The notes under the pieces were generated by a model. It made no database searches and was not told the origin of the DNA. It worked only from the letters and a program-made list of their open reading frames with translations. A stretch of DNA of 63,334 bases, counting the filler, from an uncultured Gemmatimonadota bacterium (GTDB lineage Bacteria > GCA-2686955), in the NCBI GenBank assembly GCA_964490075.1. It is 3 parts of 3 records of this genome, joined end to end, with 100 filler letters (N's around TTAATTAATTAA, not from the genome) between each part and the next. Parts side by side here need not be neighbours in the genome. Positions count along the whole stretch, not along the records: positions 31,038 to 60,646 come from CAZBBK010000072.1; 2 more parts are not named here. One strand, given 5' to 3'. Numbering within the stretch: position 1 is the first letter of the stretch; every line of letters begins with the position of its first letter. Positions 38,229 to 47,942 of the stretch are shown here, in pieces. A program made the translations under genes and the position numbers.

Positions 38229-38294
38229 GGCGACAAAGAAAACCCGCGCCGCACTCGGCGGCGCGGGCACTCTTCCTACACGTCCGAGAATTCG

Positions 38295-39710
38295 CTAGGG
38301 AAGCAGATAGACACCGTCGTCGTCGGTCCACTCGGGATCGGTGCCGTCGTCCCAGGAGACCGAGGTCGCCACCCGCGAGTAGGTATGCGCCACCGCCACG
38401 AAGTTCGGATTGGCAGTGTCGTAGAGCCCGCTCGGCGAGTCGTCGAGACCGTCGCTCCAGGTATCGCCGGGAATCCACGAGCCACCGGCGTCCTGCGACG
38501 CCCAGACCTGCGATGAGTTGGGATCAGCGCTTTCCGAATCCATGACGCCGACCAAAAGCGTCGGATAGGGGGCGCCGGGAATCACCGCGACGTTCGATAC
38601 GTTGATCGAGTTTTTGTTGTTGTCGTCGTCGACTTCGGGCAACCCGGTATTGCGCGGAATCCAGACCGGCACGCCGTGATCGGGGGCGATCACGTAGACG
38701 CCTTTGGCCTTGGCCTTGCTCTGGTCGGTGAGCAGGGTCTGGTCGATTCCCTGGCCGAAATGCCCGACGAAGAGGGCCGGCTCGGTCGACGGTCCGGTCT
38801 CGAAAGGCGTGATGAAGGCACCGGCCGCCGCCACGCGGGTGACCGAACCGATCAACACGTTGGTCTGTGTCACGTCGGGCAGACCCGAGGAGATGTCGAT
38901 CCAGGTGCCGACACCGTCCGCGGCGTTCTTGAACACCTTGGTCTCGGCGGTCGCCGTCTTGCCAAAGAGCTTGGTGTTGAACTCGAGCTGTACCATGGCG
39001 CCGTAAATTGTGGCGTTGCCGGCGTCCTTGGCCACCTCCAACGACTGGAAGAGCGAAGTGTTGGAGACACCATCGAGGATTCCGTCGTAACGTGGCGGCA
39101 GCCCATTGTTGTTGGCGGTCCAATTCTGCGCGCCGTCGTGCGAGTAGAAGAAGCCGGGATGATCGGGCGAAGGATTGAAGATGTCGAGACCGCCCAGCTG
39201 GCCGACCGAGGTGTAGACCTTGTCGCAATCATCGGGGTCGATGGCGATGGTGGTCGCGCCCCAGGTGTCTTTCGGGAAGACATCGCTGTTGTGGGTGATG
39301 CCGTTGTTCATCGCGGTCCAGGTGGCGCCGCCGTCGGTGGTCTTGAAGACGCCGGCGAGCTGGGTGGCCGCGTAGGCGATATTGGGATCGTCTTCGCACC
39401 AGTTGAAGTCGAGCACGTTCAGCGAGTCGGCCAACGCGCCGGAGTTGATTCGGCTCCAGGAGCTGCCACCGTTGGTGGTGCCCCACATTCCGTCGCCCTT
39501 GTCGGGCTTCGCCAGCTCCGGATCGGGGAAGTTGGCGCGGGTCACCCAAAGGGTGTTGTGCGAGCTGGGATGGAAGCGCACCCGGCCCCAGCGCACGGTG
39601 CTCGGCGGGGCGTCGCCGGTCAGCCACGAATCGTGCCAGGGGTAAGGTTGTGCCTCCGCGAGGGGGATGAAAAGGGTCGCCATCAAGGCCAAGGTCGCCA
39701 GGGATCGCAT
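38295..39710 (-). CDS. Secreted BNR/Asp-box beta-propeller protein
   Basis: Signal peptide MRSLATLALMATLFIPLAEA; Asp-boxes TTNGGSSW, TTDGGATW, SHDGAQNW, SQDAGGSW. Confidence 0.82.
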   Translation of the reverse strand: MRSLATLALMATLFIPLAEAQPYPWHDSWLTGDAPPSTVRWGRVRFHPSSHNTLWVTRANFPDPELAKPDKGDGMWGTTNGGSSWSRINSGALADSLNVLDFNWCEDDPNIAYAATQLAGVFKTTDGGATWTAMNNGITHNSDVFPKDTWGATTIAIDPDDCDKVYTSVGQLGGLDIFNPSPDHPGFFYSHDGAQNWTANNNGLPPRYDGILDGVSNTSLFQSLEVAKDAGNATIYGAMVQLEFNTKLFGKTATAETKVFKNAADGVGTWIDISSGLPDVTQTNVLIGSVTRVAAAGAFITPFETGPSTEPALFVGHFGQGIDQTLLTDQSKAKAKGVYVIAPDHGVPVWIPRNTGLPEVDDDNNKNSINVSNVAVIPGAPYPTLLVGVMDSESADPNSSQVWASQDAGGSWIPGDTWSDGLDDSPSGLYDTANPNFVAVAHTYSRVATSVSWDDGTDPEWTDDDGVYLLP

Positions 39711-39895
39711 GGGAGAGCGCCTCCAGAATCCAGTATTAGTACAGTTCTCTGGGCACATCGGGCCGCCGAGCGGCGTCGCCGAAGATCGCAGACATCATTC
39801 GAGTATAGCCCGCAATCGACACCGCCTCGGACGAATCCCGAGCCGAGCTGCTACCGTATCTGCCTGGACGATCCCCCCTCCCACCGGAGCTCCGC

Positions 39896-40663
39896 ATGCC
39901 CAAATCGAGCTGGCTCGCCAAAGAGGCGGCCTGGCTGCTCGGCCTCTTCTGGCTGCTGCAGGCCTTCGTGATGCGCGCCTATCACATCCCCACCGGCTCG
40001 ATGGAGCCAACGGTGCTGGTGGGCGACCGGGTGGCGGTGAACCGCTTCCTCTACGGGCCGGAGTTTCCCGGCGACGTGCCGCTGCTCGGCTGGGAGATCC
40101 CCTCGATCCGCTTTCCCGGCATGCGCGACCCCGCCCCCGGCGACGTCATGGTGCTGGACCACCCCGACGGCAGCTCGATCGATCTTCTGAAGCGTTGCGT
40201 GGCGGTCGCCGGTCAGACCGTGGAGCTGCGCGACGCCGAGCTCTACGTGGATGGACTGCGGGCCGAGGAACCCTATGTGCGTCATCGCGATCCCTCCCCG
40301 CCGCGGCGCCAGGGGCAGCGCGAACCGATCGCCGGTCTGCGCGTGCTCATGGAGAAGACCTGGAACCGGCAGATGCGCGGACGTGCCTGGAATCGCGATC
40401 ACTTCGGGCCGGTCAAGGTGCCCGAGGGGCATCTCTTCGTGATGGGAGACAATCGCGACTTCTCGCAGGATTCTCGCGCCTGGGGCTTCGTGCCGCTGAA
40501 AAACGTGCACGGCCGCGCCATGGTGATCTTCCTCTCCGGCGATCCCGACGTGCCGCTGTGGAACCTCTTCGAGCATTTCCGCTGGGGACGGGTCGGAATC
40601 CCCCTGGCCCGGCTTCTTCGGCCCGCCGCGGACGATCCCCGCGCCGGCAGCGCCCTGGCGTGA
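39896..40663 (+). CDS. lepB: Signal peptidase I
   Basis: IPTGSMEPT (Ser), LLKRCVAVAG (Lys), FVMGDNRD.S.DSR.WG. Confidence 0.95.
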   Translation: MPKSSWLAKEAAWLLGLFWLLQAFVMRAYHIPTGSMEPTVLVGDRVAVNRFLYGPEFPGDVPLLGWEIPSIRFPGMRDPAPGDVMVLDHPDGSSIDLLKRCVAVAGQTVELRDAELYVDGLRAEEPYVRHRDPSPPRRQGQREPIAGLRVLMEKTWNRQMRGRAWNRDHFGPVKVPEGHLFVMGDNRDFSQDSRAWGFVPLKNVHGRAMVIFLSGDPDVPLWNLFEHFRWGRVGIPLARLLRPAADDPRAGSALA

Positions 40664-41502
40664 GCGCCGCGTGCCGCCGGCATCTCGAAGTCGCCGTCGA
40701 CGCCGCCCGCGCCGCCGGTCGGCTGCTGGAAAGCCACTTCGAGCGCCTGGCGAGCACCGACCTGGCCTTCAAGGGCCGGCGCGACCTGCTGACCCGGGCA
40801 GATTCCGAGGCCGAAGCGCTGATCCTGGAGCGCCTTGGCGCCGCCTTTCCCGACGATCCGATTCTGGCCGAGGAGTCGGGCCTGCGGGGCAGGGGCGGCG
40901 ACGGCGCCCGCTGGGTGGTCGACCCGCTCGACGGCACCACCAACTTCGTGCACTCGCTGCCGGTGTTCGCGGTCTCGATCGCCCGCGTCGACGCCGGCGG
41001 AGTCCCCGAGCTCGGCGTGGTCCATTTGCCGAGGTTGCAAGAGCTCTTCGCGGCCCGCCGCGGCGCCGGCGCCACCCTGAACGGTCGTCCGCTGCGGGTC
41101 TCGGCGCGCCGCGAGCTGATCGAGTCGGTGATCGCCACCGGCTTCCACTATCGACGCCACGAGCTGCCGGCCAGCAACCTGGACAACTTCGTCAAGCTGG
41201 CGCTGAAGGTGCGCGGAATGCGCCGCATGGGCGCGGCGGCGGTCGACCTCGCCTATGTGGCGGCGGGGCGGCTGGACGCCTTCTGGGAGCTCCACCTCTC
41301 GCCCTGGGACGTGGCCGCCGGCGGGCTCCTGGTCGAAGAGGCGGGAGGCCGGACCACCGACCTGAAAGGGGACCGATGCTGGCTGGAGGGGGGCGAAATC
41401 GTGGCCAGCAACGGCACCGCGCTGCACGAACGCCTGCTGGCGCTACTGAGCGAGCCGCTGGCGGGCTGGGGGCCGATCCAGCGCGCGGTGGGCGGGGTCT
41501 GA
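40660..41502 (+). CDS. suhB: Inositol monophosphatase family protein
   Basis: T.AD..AE, LAEE, WVVDPLDGTTNF, RRMGAAAVDL.YVAAGR.D, WDVAAG; GTG overlaps the lepB stop. Confidence 0.92.
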   Translation: MSAACRRHLEVAVDAARAAGRLLESHFERLASTDLAFKGRRDLLTRADSEAEALILERLGAAFPDDPILAEESGLRGRGGDGARWVVDPLDGTTNFVHSLPVFAVSIARVDAGGVPELGVVHLPRLQELFAARRGAGATLNGRPLRVSARRELIESVIATGFHYRRHELPASNLDNFVKLALKVRGMRRMGAAAVDLAYVAAGRLDAFWELHLSPWDVAAGGLLVEEAGGRTTDLKGDRCWLEGGEIVASNGTALHERLLALLSEPLAGWGPIQRAVGGV

Positions 41503-41503
41503 G

Positions 41504-42202
41504 TCAGTCGATCTCGATCACCGTGCGGCGGATCTCGCCGCCGCTGGTCAGGATCTCGTCCTTGTCGGGCGAGCCGTCGTGGTCGGTGTCGTAGGAATAG
41601 GACTTCAGCACCCCTGCCTCGTAGCGCGACCAGCGATCGTGGGCGCCGTCGCCGTCGGTGTCTTCGACGCGCAGCGTCACGTTGCCTTCGGTGTCGAAGT
41701 AGTCGACCGTCTCCGAGAAGCCGTCCTTGTTGGCATCGAGATGGGCGCGGCGCACGCTGCCGTCGACCCGCAGGTACTGTGCGACCTCCAGGAAGCCGTC
41801 GGCATTCAGGTCGCGCTCCACGTGGTTGACGGTCCCTCCCGGACCGGCGTGGGAAACCAGCTCGATCACCCCGTCGCCGTTCATGTCGACCTCGACCCGC
41901 AGCAGCACCCCCTGCTTGAAGAAAGTCGTGGTCTCGAACTGGGCGTCGGCGTTGCGGTCGGTCTCCTGGCGAGCCATGGTCCCGTTTTCGTAGTGGGTGC
42001 GCCGATCGACGATTTGATCGCCGTTCAGGTCCTCCTCGACCAGGACCAGCTGGCTCTCGCGCACGGTGACCCAGGCGTCGGCCTCTTGATCGCCGTCGGT
42101 ATCCTGGTGGCTGCGGCCCTCGGGCCAGGCGGGGGTCTCGGCCGCCCCCGCGGGGAGCGACGCGAGCAACGCGATCGGAATGGCGAGGGGGAGATTGCGC
42201 AT
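41504..42202 (-). CDS. Secreted protein with tandem DxDxDG (Ca-binding-like) beta-hairpin repeats
   Basis: Signal peptide; eight D[TLRMA][DN]xDx motifs at ~22-23-aa spacing. Confidence 0.75.
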   Translation of the reverse strand: MRNLPLAIPIALLASLPAGAAETPAWPEGRSHQDTDGDQEADAWVTVRESQLVLVEEDLNGDQIVDRRTHYENGTMARQETDRNADAQFETTTFFKQGVLLRVEVDMNGDGVIELVSHAGPGGTVNHVERDLNADGFLEVAQYLRVDGSVRRAHLDANKDGFSETVDYFDTEGNVTLRVEDTDGDGAHDRWSRYEAGVLKSYSYDTDHDGSPDKDEILTSGGEIRRTVIEID

Positions 42203-42274
42203 GGGGACCTTTCGGCACTCGGTGGGTACGAGGCGCGCGCCAGGGTAGCAACGACGTCGGCGGGCGCCTACGCG

Positions 42275-43171
42275 CTATTTGCGCAGCCGCGGATCGAGCG
42301 CGTCGCGCAGACCGTCCCCCAGGTAGTTGAGACCGAAGAGCGTGAGCCCCAGCGCGGCGCCGGGAAAGACGATCAGCCACCAGTAGGAATGGACCGGGTT
42401 GATCACCTCGGCACCGACCGCCGCCAGGCTGCCCCACGATGCGTCGGGCGGCTGCACTCCGAGTCCCAAGAAGCTCAGGAAGCTCTCTTCGAGCATCACC
42501 CGCGGCACGGTGAGGGTGGAGTAGACGATCACCACTCCCATCAGATTCGGGACCACGTGCCGGAACAGGATGCGTGCCCTGCTCAAGCCCAGAGCGCGCG
42601 CCGCCTGAACGTATTCCCGCTCGCGGATCGAGAGCACCTCGCCGCGCACGATCCGGCTGACCGTGAGCCAGGAGACCGCACCGATGGCGATGAACACCAG
42701 GTAGAGCTCGTTGATCTCCCATCCCGCCTCTTCGCGCATGGTCCGGGCCAGGACCATGAAGAGAATGGCGAGGAAAAGGAAGGGGATGGTGTAGAGCACG
42801 TCGACCACGCGCATCATCAGGTTGTCGACCTTGCCCCCGGCGAAGGCCGCGACTGCCCCCCAGGTGACCCCGATGACGATCGACACCACGGTCGCCAAGA
42901 GCCCCACCCCCCAGGAGACGCGCCCGCCATGCAGCACTCGCGAGAGCAGGTCGCGTCCCTTGTCGTCGGTTCCGAAGAGGTGCTCCCAGCTCGGTCCCTC
43001 GAGCTGCAGCTCCAGGTTCTGCGCGTTCGGGTCGTGGGGCGCGATCCAGGGCGAGAGCGCGCTGGCGACGATCATTGCCGCCACCACCACCAGGCCGACC
43101 ATCGCTGCACGGTCCTTGCGCAGCCGGCGCCAGGCGTCGCGCCAGGGTGAGCGGATCGGCGCGGAGCTCAT
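42275..43171 (-). CDS. oppC: Oligopeptide ABC transporter permease
   Basis: SPWRDAWRRL, FGTD.KGRDL.SR, EYVQAARALG, ESFLSFLGLG, LGDGLRDALDP. Confidence 0.92.
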   Translation of the reverse strand: MSSAPIRSPWRDAWRRLRKDRAAMVGLVVVAAMIVASALSPWIAPHDPNAQNLELQLEGPSWEHLFGTDDKGRDLLSRVLHGGRVSWGVGLLATVVSIVIGVTWGAVAAFAGGKVDNLMMRVVDVLYTIPFLFLAILFMVLARTMREEAGWEINELYLVFIAIGAVSWLTVSRIVRGEVLSIREREYVQAARALGLSRARILFRHVVPNLMGVVIVYSTLTVPRVMLEESFLSFLGLGVQPPDASWGSLAAVGAEVINPVHSYWWLIVFPGAALGLTLFGLNYLGDGLRDALDPRLRK

Positions 43172-44148
43172 GCCAGCTTGATCCTCGGGTCGACCACCGC
43201 GTAGAGCACGTCGACCAAGAGATTGAGCACCGTGAGCAGCACCGCGTAGACCAGCACCGCTCCGATCACCAGCAGGTAGTCGCGATTCAAAGCCCCTTGC
43301 ACGAACCAGGTGCCCATCCCCGGCACGTTGAAGATCCGCTCCACGACCACCGAGCCGGAGAGGATGCCCGCGGTCGCCGGCCCCAGAAAGGAGAGCACCG
43401 GCAGAAAGGCGTTGCGCAGGGCGTGTTTCAGGATCACCACCCGCTCCGAGAGCCCCTTGGCGCGCGCGGTGCGCACGAAATCCTGCTCCACCGCCTCGAG
43501 CATCGCCCCCTTGCAGAGCCGAGCGATATAGGCCGCATAGGGCAGCCCCAGCACGATCGCCGGCAGCACCATGTGCGCCACGCTGCCCCAGCCGGCGACC
43601 GGCAACCAGCCGACCTCGAACACGAAGAGAATGACCAAGAGAGGCCCGAGGACGAAGTTCGGGACGCAGATCCCGAGCATCGCCACCGCCATGGCGCTCC
43701 AATCCTGCCAGCCGCCCCGGCGGTGCGCCGCCAGCACACCGGCCGGCATACCGATCGCCAGAGCCAGCAACATCGCGCACGCGCCGAGCGCCGCCGATAC
43801 CGGAAAAGAACGCGCGATAATGTCGGTCACGGTCTGGTTGCGGTAGCGGAACGAGACCCCCAGGTCGCCGGTCAGGAGCCCGCCCCAGGGCTGGCTGTGG
43901 TCGCCGCCGAACCAGCGATGGCCGCGGGCGTCGAGATTGAAGGGGCCGACGTACTGGGCGTACTGCTTGGGAAGGGGCCAGTCGAGGTGGTACTTCGCCT
44001 CGATCAGACGCTTGATCTCCGGCTCCACCGCCTTCTCGTTGGAGAAAGGCCCGCCGGGGATGGCGCGCATGATGAAGAAGGCCGCCGTGACGATGACCAG
44101 GAGCACGACCGGGAGCTGCGCCAGGCGCCGCGCGATGTAGGCGATCAC
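43168..44148 (-). CDS. oppB: Oligopeptide ABC transporter permease
   Basis: IPGGPF, GDLGVSF, DFVRTARAKGL, KHALRNA.LP, NRDY, DVLYAV.DPRI. Confidence 0.93.
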   Translation of the reverse strand: MIAYIARRLAQLPVVLLVIVTAAFFIMRAIPGGPFSNEKAVEPEIKRLIEAKYHLDWPLPKQYAQYVGPFNLDARGHRWFGGDHSQPWGGLLTGDLGVSFRYRNQTVTDIIARSFPVSAALGACAMLLALAIGMPAGVLAAHRRGGWQDWSAMAVAMLGICVPNFVLGPLLVILFVFEVGWLPVAGWGSVAHMVLPAIVLGLPYAAYIARLCKGAMLEAVEQDFVRTARAKGLSERVVILKHALRNAFLPVLSFLGPATAGILSGSVVVERIFNVPGMGTWFVQGALNRDYLLVIGAVLVYAVLLTVLNLLVDVLYAVVDPRIKLA

Positions 44149-45803
44149 GAAGCCGGGTTTTCCGCGCGCGCCTCGCCGTCCTCGGTCGCGACATCGGCGC
44201 CGGTGTCGAGGCGGAAGTACTTGAGCATCATCTTGTCGAGCACGTTGTTCTGCACCCCTTTCAGGCGCGGATCATGGAGGTGCAGCGAGACATAGTGGTA
44301 GATCGGCAGAATCGGCAGCTCTTGCTCGACGATGATCCGTTCGCAGCGCTGCAGGATCTCGCTCCGGAGGAGGGGATCGGGCTCGCGCGCCGCCGCGGCG
44401 ATCAGCGAATCGTAGTGCGCCGACGCGAAGCCGGTGCGGTTGTTGCCCCCGCCGCTCAGCCACATGTCCAGAAAGGTGTTGGGATCGGGGTAGTCGCCGA
44501 TCCAGGCGGAGCGTGAGAGCTGGTAGCGCAGGTTGGTCTGGTTGTCGAGGTAGACCTGCCATTCCTGGTTTTCTAGCTCCACGTCGATTCCCAGGTGCTC
44601 CTTCCACTGCGCCTGCAGCACCTCGGCGATGCCGCGGTGGGTCTCGGAGGTGTTGAAGAGGTAGACCAAGCGGGGAAAACCCTCGCCGCCAGGGTAGCCG
44701 GCCTCGGCCAGCAGCTCGCGACCACGCGCGGGGTCGAAAGCGAGCCCCTTCACGCCCGAATAGCCGGAAATTCCCGGCGGCACGAGGGCGTGGGTCGGGA
44801 TCTCTCCGGCGCGGGTGACGTGCTCGGTGATGGCCCCTTGGTCGATGGTCATGGCCAGCGCGCGGCGCACCCTCTGGTCGTCCAGGGGCGGTTTGTTGAC
44901 GTTGCAGCGCACGAAGTAGGTGCCGAGATAGGGGCCGCGGCGAACCGCCAGCGGACGCACCTTGGACGCCTCTCCGGCTAGCACGTTGGACACGAAGTTG
45001 TTCGGAATACCGTTGCGATCGGTCCAGTGCGCGGCGCCGGTCAGCATCAGGTTGAAGTTGGTCGGAATCGACTCGACGGTGAGCAGCTCGATCGCCTCGG
45101 CGCCGACGGCGGCGGCATCCCAGTAGACCGGATCCCGTTTGATCAGGAGCCGTTCGCGATGGCGCCAATCGATCAGGTAGAAGGGACCGTTGGTGACGAT
45201 ATTCTCTTCGCGCGCCCAGCCGTCGCCGTGCCGGCGCAGCACGTGGGAAGGCACCGGGCAGGCGGTGTAGAACGAAGTGATGTGGAGGAAGAAGGGGGTC
45301 GGATTCTCGAGCGTAACGACGAAAGTCCGCTCGTCCGGCACCGCGGTCCCCACCGCGGACCAGGCGTCGATCCGCCCTTTCTGGTAGTCCTCGGCGCCGC
45401 GCACGTACCACAGCATGTAGCCGTACTCGGCGCCGGTCTCGGGGCGCAGCACCCGCTCCCAGGAGAAGTCGAAATCGCGCGCCGTCAAGGGCGTGCCGTC
45501 CGACCACTGGGTGGGCCGCAGATGGAAGGTGTAGACCAGGCCGTCGGCGGAGACCTCCCACGACTCCGCCACCCCCGGCAGCGGCTCCAGGGTCTCGGGA
45601 TCAGAGCTGGTCAACCCCTCGAAGAGGGCTCGGATCACCCGCCCTTCCGGGACCCCCGTGACCAGGGCCGGATCGAGCGACTGCGGTTCGGTGCCGAGCA
45701 CGATCGCGAAATCGCCCTTCTCATAGGTAATGCAGCCGCATCCGAAGATCGCGAGCAGGACGAGGCAGGCGCGGCGCGCGGACGCGCGAGGATGAAGCTC
45801 CAT
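44145..45803 (-). CDS. oppA: Oligopeptide ABC transporter substrate-binding protein
   Basis: EPQSLDP, LFEGL, PGVAESW..S.DG..YTF.LR..WSDG, NGPF, D.RVRRAL, W.GDYPDP.TFL; possible lipobox. The start (ATG 45803) is inferred. Confidence 0.93.
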   Translation of the reverse strand: MELHPRASARRACLVLLAIFGCGCITYEKGDFAIVLGTEPQSLDPALVTGVPEGRVIRALFEGLTSSDPETLEPLPGVAESWEVSADGLVYTFHLRPTQWSDGTPLTARDFDFSWERVLRPETGAEYGYMLWYVRGAEDYQKGRIDAWSAVGTAVPDERTFVVTLENPTPFFLHITSFYTACPVPSHVLRRHGDGWAREENIVTNGPFYLIDWRHRERLLIKRDPVYWDAAAVGAEAIELLTVESIPTNFNLMLTGAAHWTDRNGIPNNFVSNVLAGEASKVRPLAVRRGPYLGTYFVRCNVNKPPLDDQRVRRALAMTIDQGAITEHVTRAGEIPTHALVPPGISGYSGVKGLAFDPARGRELLAEAGYPGGEGFPRLVYLFNTSETHRGIAEVLQAQWKEHLGIDVELENQEWQVYLDNQTNLRYQLSRSAWIGDYPDPNTFLDMWLSGGGNNRTGFASAHYDSLIAAAAREPDPLLRSEILQRCERIIVEQELPILPIYHYVSLHLHDPRLKGVQNNVLDKMMLKYFRLDTGADVATEDGEARAENPAS

Positions 45804-45936
45804 GGGGTCAAGATACCGATTCCATGCCGCCGCGCCCACCCATGCCCGCCGCGCTGTCCACCTCCGTTGCCGCGGATCGGCGGGCAGCGTCAACGAGAGT
45901 GATCAAAGAGCGGCCGCCGCGCTCTGGCCGAAGCGC

Positions 45937-45981
45937 CAAGTCGTTGAAAATCAACGTCGTCGTCGTTGGCACGCACCATGC
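45937..45981 (+). promoter_or_regulatory. Sigma54 promoter with an upstream IHF-like site
   Basis: TGGCACGCACCATGC (45967-45981, GG-N10-GC). CAAGTCGTTGAAA (45937-45949) reads TTTCAACGACTTG on the reverse strand, close to WATCAANNNNTTR. Confidence 0.7.
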
Positions 45982-45992
45982 GAAGCTACGGC

Positions 45993-46173
45993 GATCGAAC
46001 GACACTCGCCCCGCCCCCCTGGGCGAGCGGCTCGCTCCTCCGGCCTCGCCCCGGAGCCAAGACTTGGGTCCCGGTAGCTGCCCCGATTGACCGGACCCAT
46101 GCGATCGGCGCCCGCGCCCCCCTTCGAGTGCGCCGATCAAGCCGAGGGCGGCCCGCAAGGGTCGCCCTCCGGC
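45993..46173 (+). ncRNA. Candidate structured small RNA (five consecutive hairpins, GCCCC loops)
   Basis: Stems at 46005-46027, 46038-46056, 46065-46099, 46103-46138 and 46144-46169 (GCAA tetraloop), directly downstream of the sigma54 motif. Confidence 0.6.
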
Positions 46174-46274
46174 GTGTACCCCTCCCGCGGCGCATTTCGC
46201 AGTGAACCAATCGCGTGCGAATGGGGTATGTACTCGGTGGCTTCGAATATCTGCGAACGCGAGGACCGCTGACC

Positions 46275-46964
46275 ATGCTGTACTTCGGAGACTTCACCTT
46301 CTTGCTCCTGATCCCGGCGATCGCGCTGGCGCTCTGGACCCAATTCCGCGTCAAGTCGACCTACAAAAAGTTCGCGCGGGTGCGCTCGGCGCGCGGCTGG
46401 AGCGGGGCCCAGGTCGCCCAGCGGATCTTGGCCCAGAACGGGCTGCACCATGTCGCCGTCGAGGAGACGCCGGGCCTGCTCTCGGACCACTACGATCCGC
46501 GCTCGCGCACGGTGCGCCTCTCGACCGACAACTACCGCAACCCCAGCCTGGCGGCGCTGGCGGTGGCCGCACACGAGTGCGGGCATGCGCTGCAGCACGC
46601 CGGAGGCTACGCGCCGCTGCGCTTCCGCCACAGCCTGCTGCCGGCGGCCAACCTCGGCTCCGGCGCCCTGGTCTGGATCATGGTTCTGGGAGGCCTCTTC
46701 CTCGGCCTGACGCCCTTGATCGACGCCGGCATTCTGTTCTTCAGCGGCGCGGTGCTCTTCCACATCGTGACCCTGCCGGTGGAATTCAACGCCTCGTCGC
46801 GCGCGCTGGCGATCTTGTCGAACCACGGCTACCTGGTGGGCGAGGAGAACCGCGGGGCGCGCAAAGTGCTGAACGCCGCCGCGCTGACATACGTGGCCTC
46901 GGCGACCATGGCGGTGCTGCAGCTGATCCGGCTCTTGATCCTGCGAAGCTCGATGGACGACTGA
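46275..46964 (+). CDS. Putative neutral zinc metallopeptidase (YugP-like membrane family)
   Basis: LSDHYDP, AVAAHECGHALQH, TLPVEFNASSRA, VLNAAALTYVA; GAGGA RBS before ATG 46275. Confidence 0.93.
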   Translation: MLYFGDFTFLLLIPAIALALWTQFRVKSTYKKFARVRSARGWSGAQVAQRILAQNGLHHVAVEETPGLLSDHYDPRSRTVRLSTDNYRNPSLAALAVAAHECGHALQHAGGYAPLRFRHSLLPAANLGSGALVWIMVLGGLFLGLTPLIDAGILFFSGAVLFHIVTLPVEFNASSRALAILSNHGYLVGEENRGARKVLNAAALTYVASATMAVLQLIRLLILRSSMDD

Positions 46965-46973
46965 TCCGCTTCG

Positions 46974-47510
46974 CTACGAGAGCCCCTCTCGCTCGCGCAG
47001 CTCGTCCATCACGCGGCGGAACTGCACCTCGTGCTCGGTGCTGCCGAACTCCAGGTTCTTGGTGCGCTTCTTGGCCTCTTCGCGGAGCCGCTCCTCGATC
47101 GCCAGGTGGCGCTCGAAGACCAGTTTGATGAAGCGCGCGAGCAGCCGATCCTCGGCGAAGACCTCACTGAAGGAGTCGGAGCTCCAGATCGCCTCGGTCA
47201 TCTTGCGCGCGATGTCGCCGAGGCGCGCGTCGTTGTCGAGGATGATCCCGCGCTCGCGCGCTACCTGGCGGCGGATCTGCGAGGTCATCTGATAGGCCGG
47301 GACCTCGCGGAACTTCTCGCGATTGTCCTCGATGATCCTCCCGACCTCCTCTTCGAGCTCCTCGTCGCTCTTCAGGTCGTCGGTGAGCACGGCGCGCAGC
47401 AGTTCCTGGCACTGGTCGCGGTCGTCGCCATACTCGACCAACCCTTGGCGCTCGAGACGCCCGAAGAGGTCGTCGATGATCCGTTCCTGGAGACGCTGGT
47501 GGATTCGCAT
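46974..47510 (-). CDS. DUF507-family protein
   Basis: Two tandem charged helical halves (..EELEEEV..I; A.ERG.IL; GS.E.EV.FRR...EL), as in DUF507. Confidence 0.7.
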   Translation of the reverse strand: MRIHQRLQERIIDDLFGRLERQGLVEYGDDRDQCQELLRAVLTDDLKSDEELEEEVGRIIEDNREKFREVPAYQMTSQIRRQVARERGIILDNDARLGDIARKMTEAIWSSDSFSEVFAEDRLLARFIKLVFERHLAIEERLREEAKKRTKNLEFGSTEHEVQFRRVMDELREREGLS

Positions 47511-47555
47511 GGCCGGTTCCCAAACGACCTAGCTTACAGACCACTTCCGAAGGGG

Positions 47556-47942
47556 TCAACTCTTGCGGCGGCGCTCCCGATCGGCCAGGAAGGTGCTGAC
47601 TCGCTCCACCACTTCCCCGGGACTGAAGGGCTTGGTGATGTAGTCCTCGACCCCGAGCCGAAAGGCGATCTTCTTGTCGGCCATCTGCCCGCGGGCGGTG
47701 ACGACGAAGATCGGGATGGTGCGCAGCGCGGCGTCGTCGCGCAGGCGGCCGACCAGCTCCAGTCCGTCCATCCCCGGCATCATCACGTCGAGCAGGATCA
47801 GGTCGGGGGGAGCGCTCTGAATCAGCTCCAGCGCCCGCGTGGCATTGCCGGCGATCGCCACCTCGAAGCCGGCGCGCTCCAGCTTGAAGCGGATGATCCG
47901 CAGGATGTTCGGGTCGTCGTCAACGACGAGGATGCGATGCAC
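47556..47942 (-). CDS. Single-domain response regulator
   Basis: ILVVDDD, DLILLDVMMPGMDG, VTA, YITKPF. Confidence 0.95.
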   Translation of the reverse strand: MHRILVVDDDPNILRIIRFKLERAGFEVAIAGNATRALELIQSAPPDLILLDVMMPGMDGLELVGRLRDDAALRTIPIFVVTARGQMADKKIAFRLGVEDYITKPFSPGEVVERVSTFLADRERRRKS

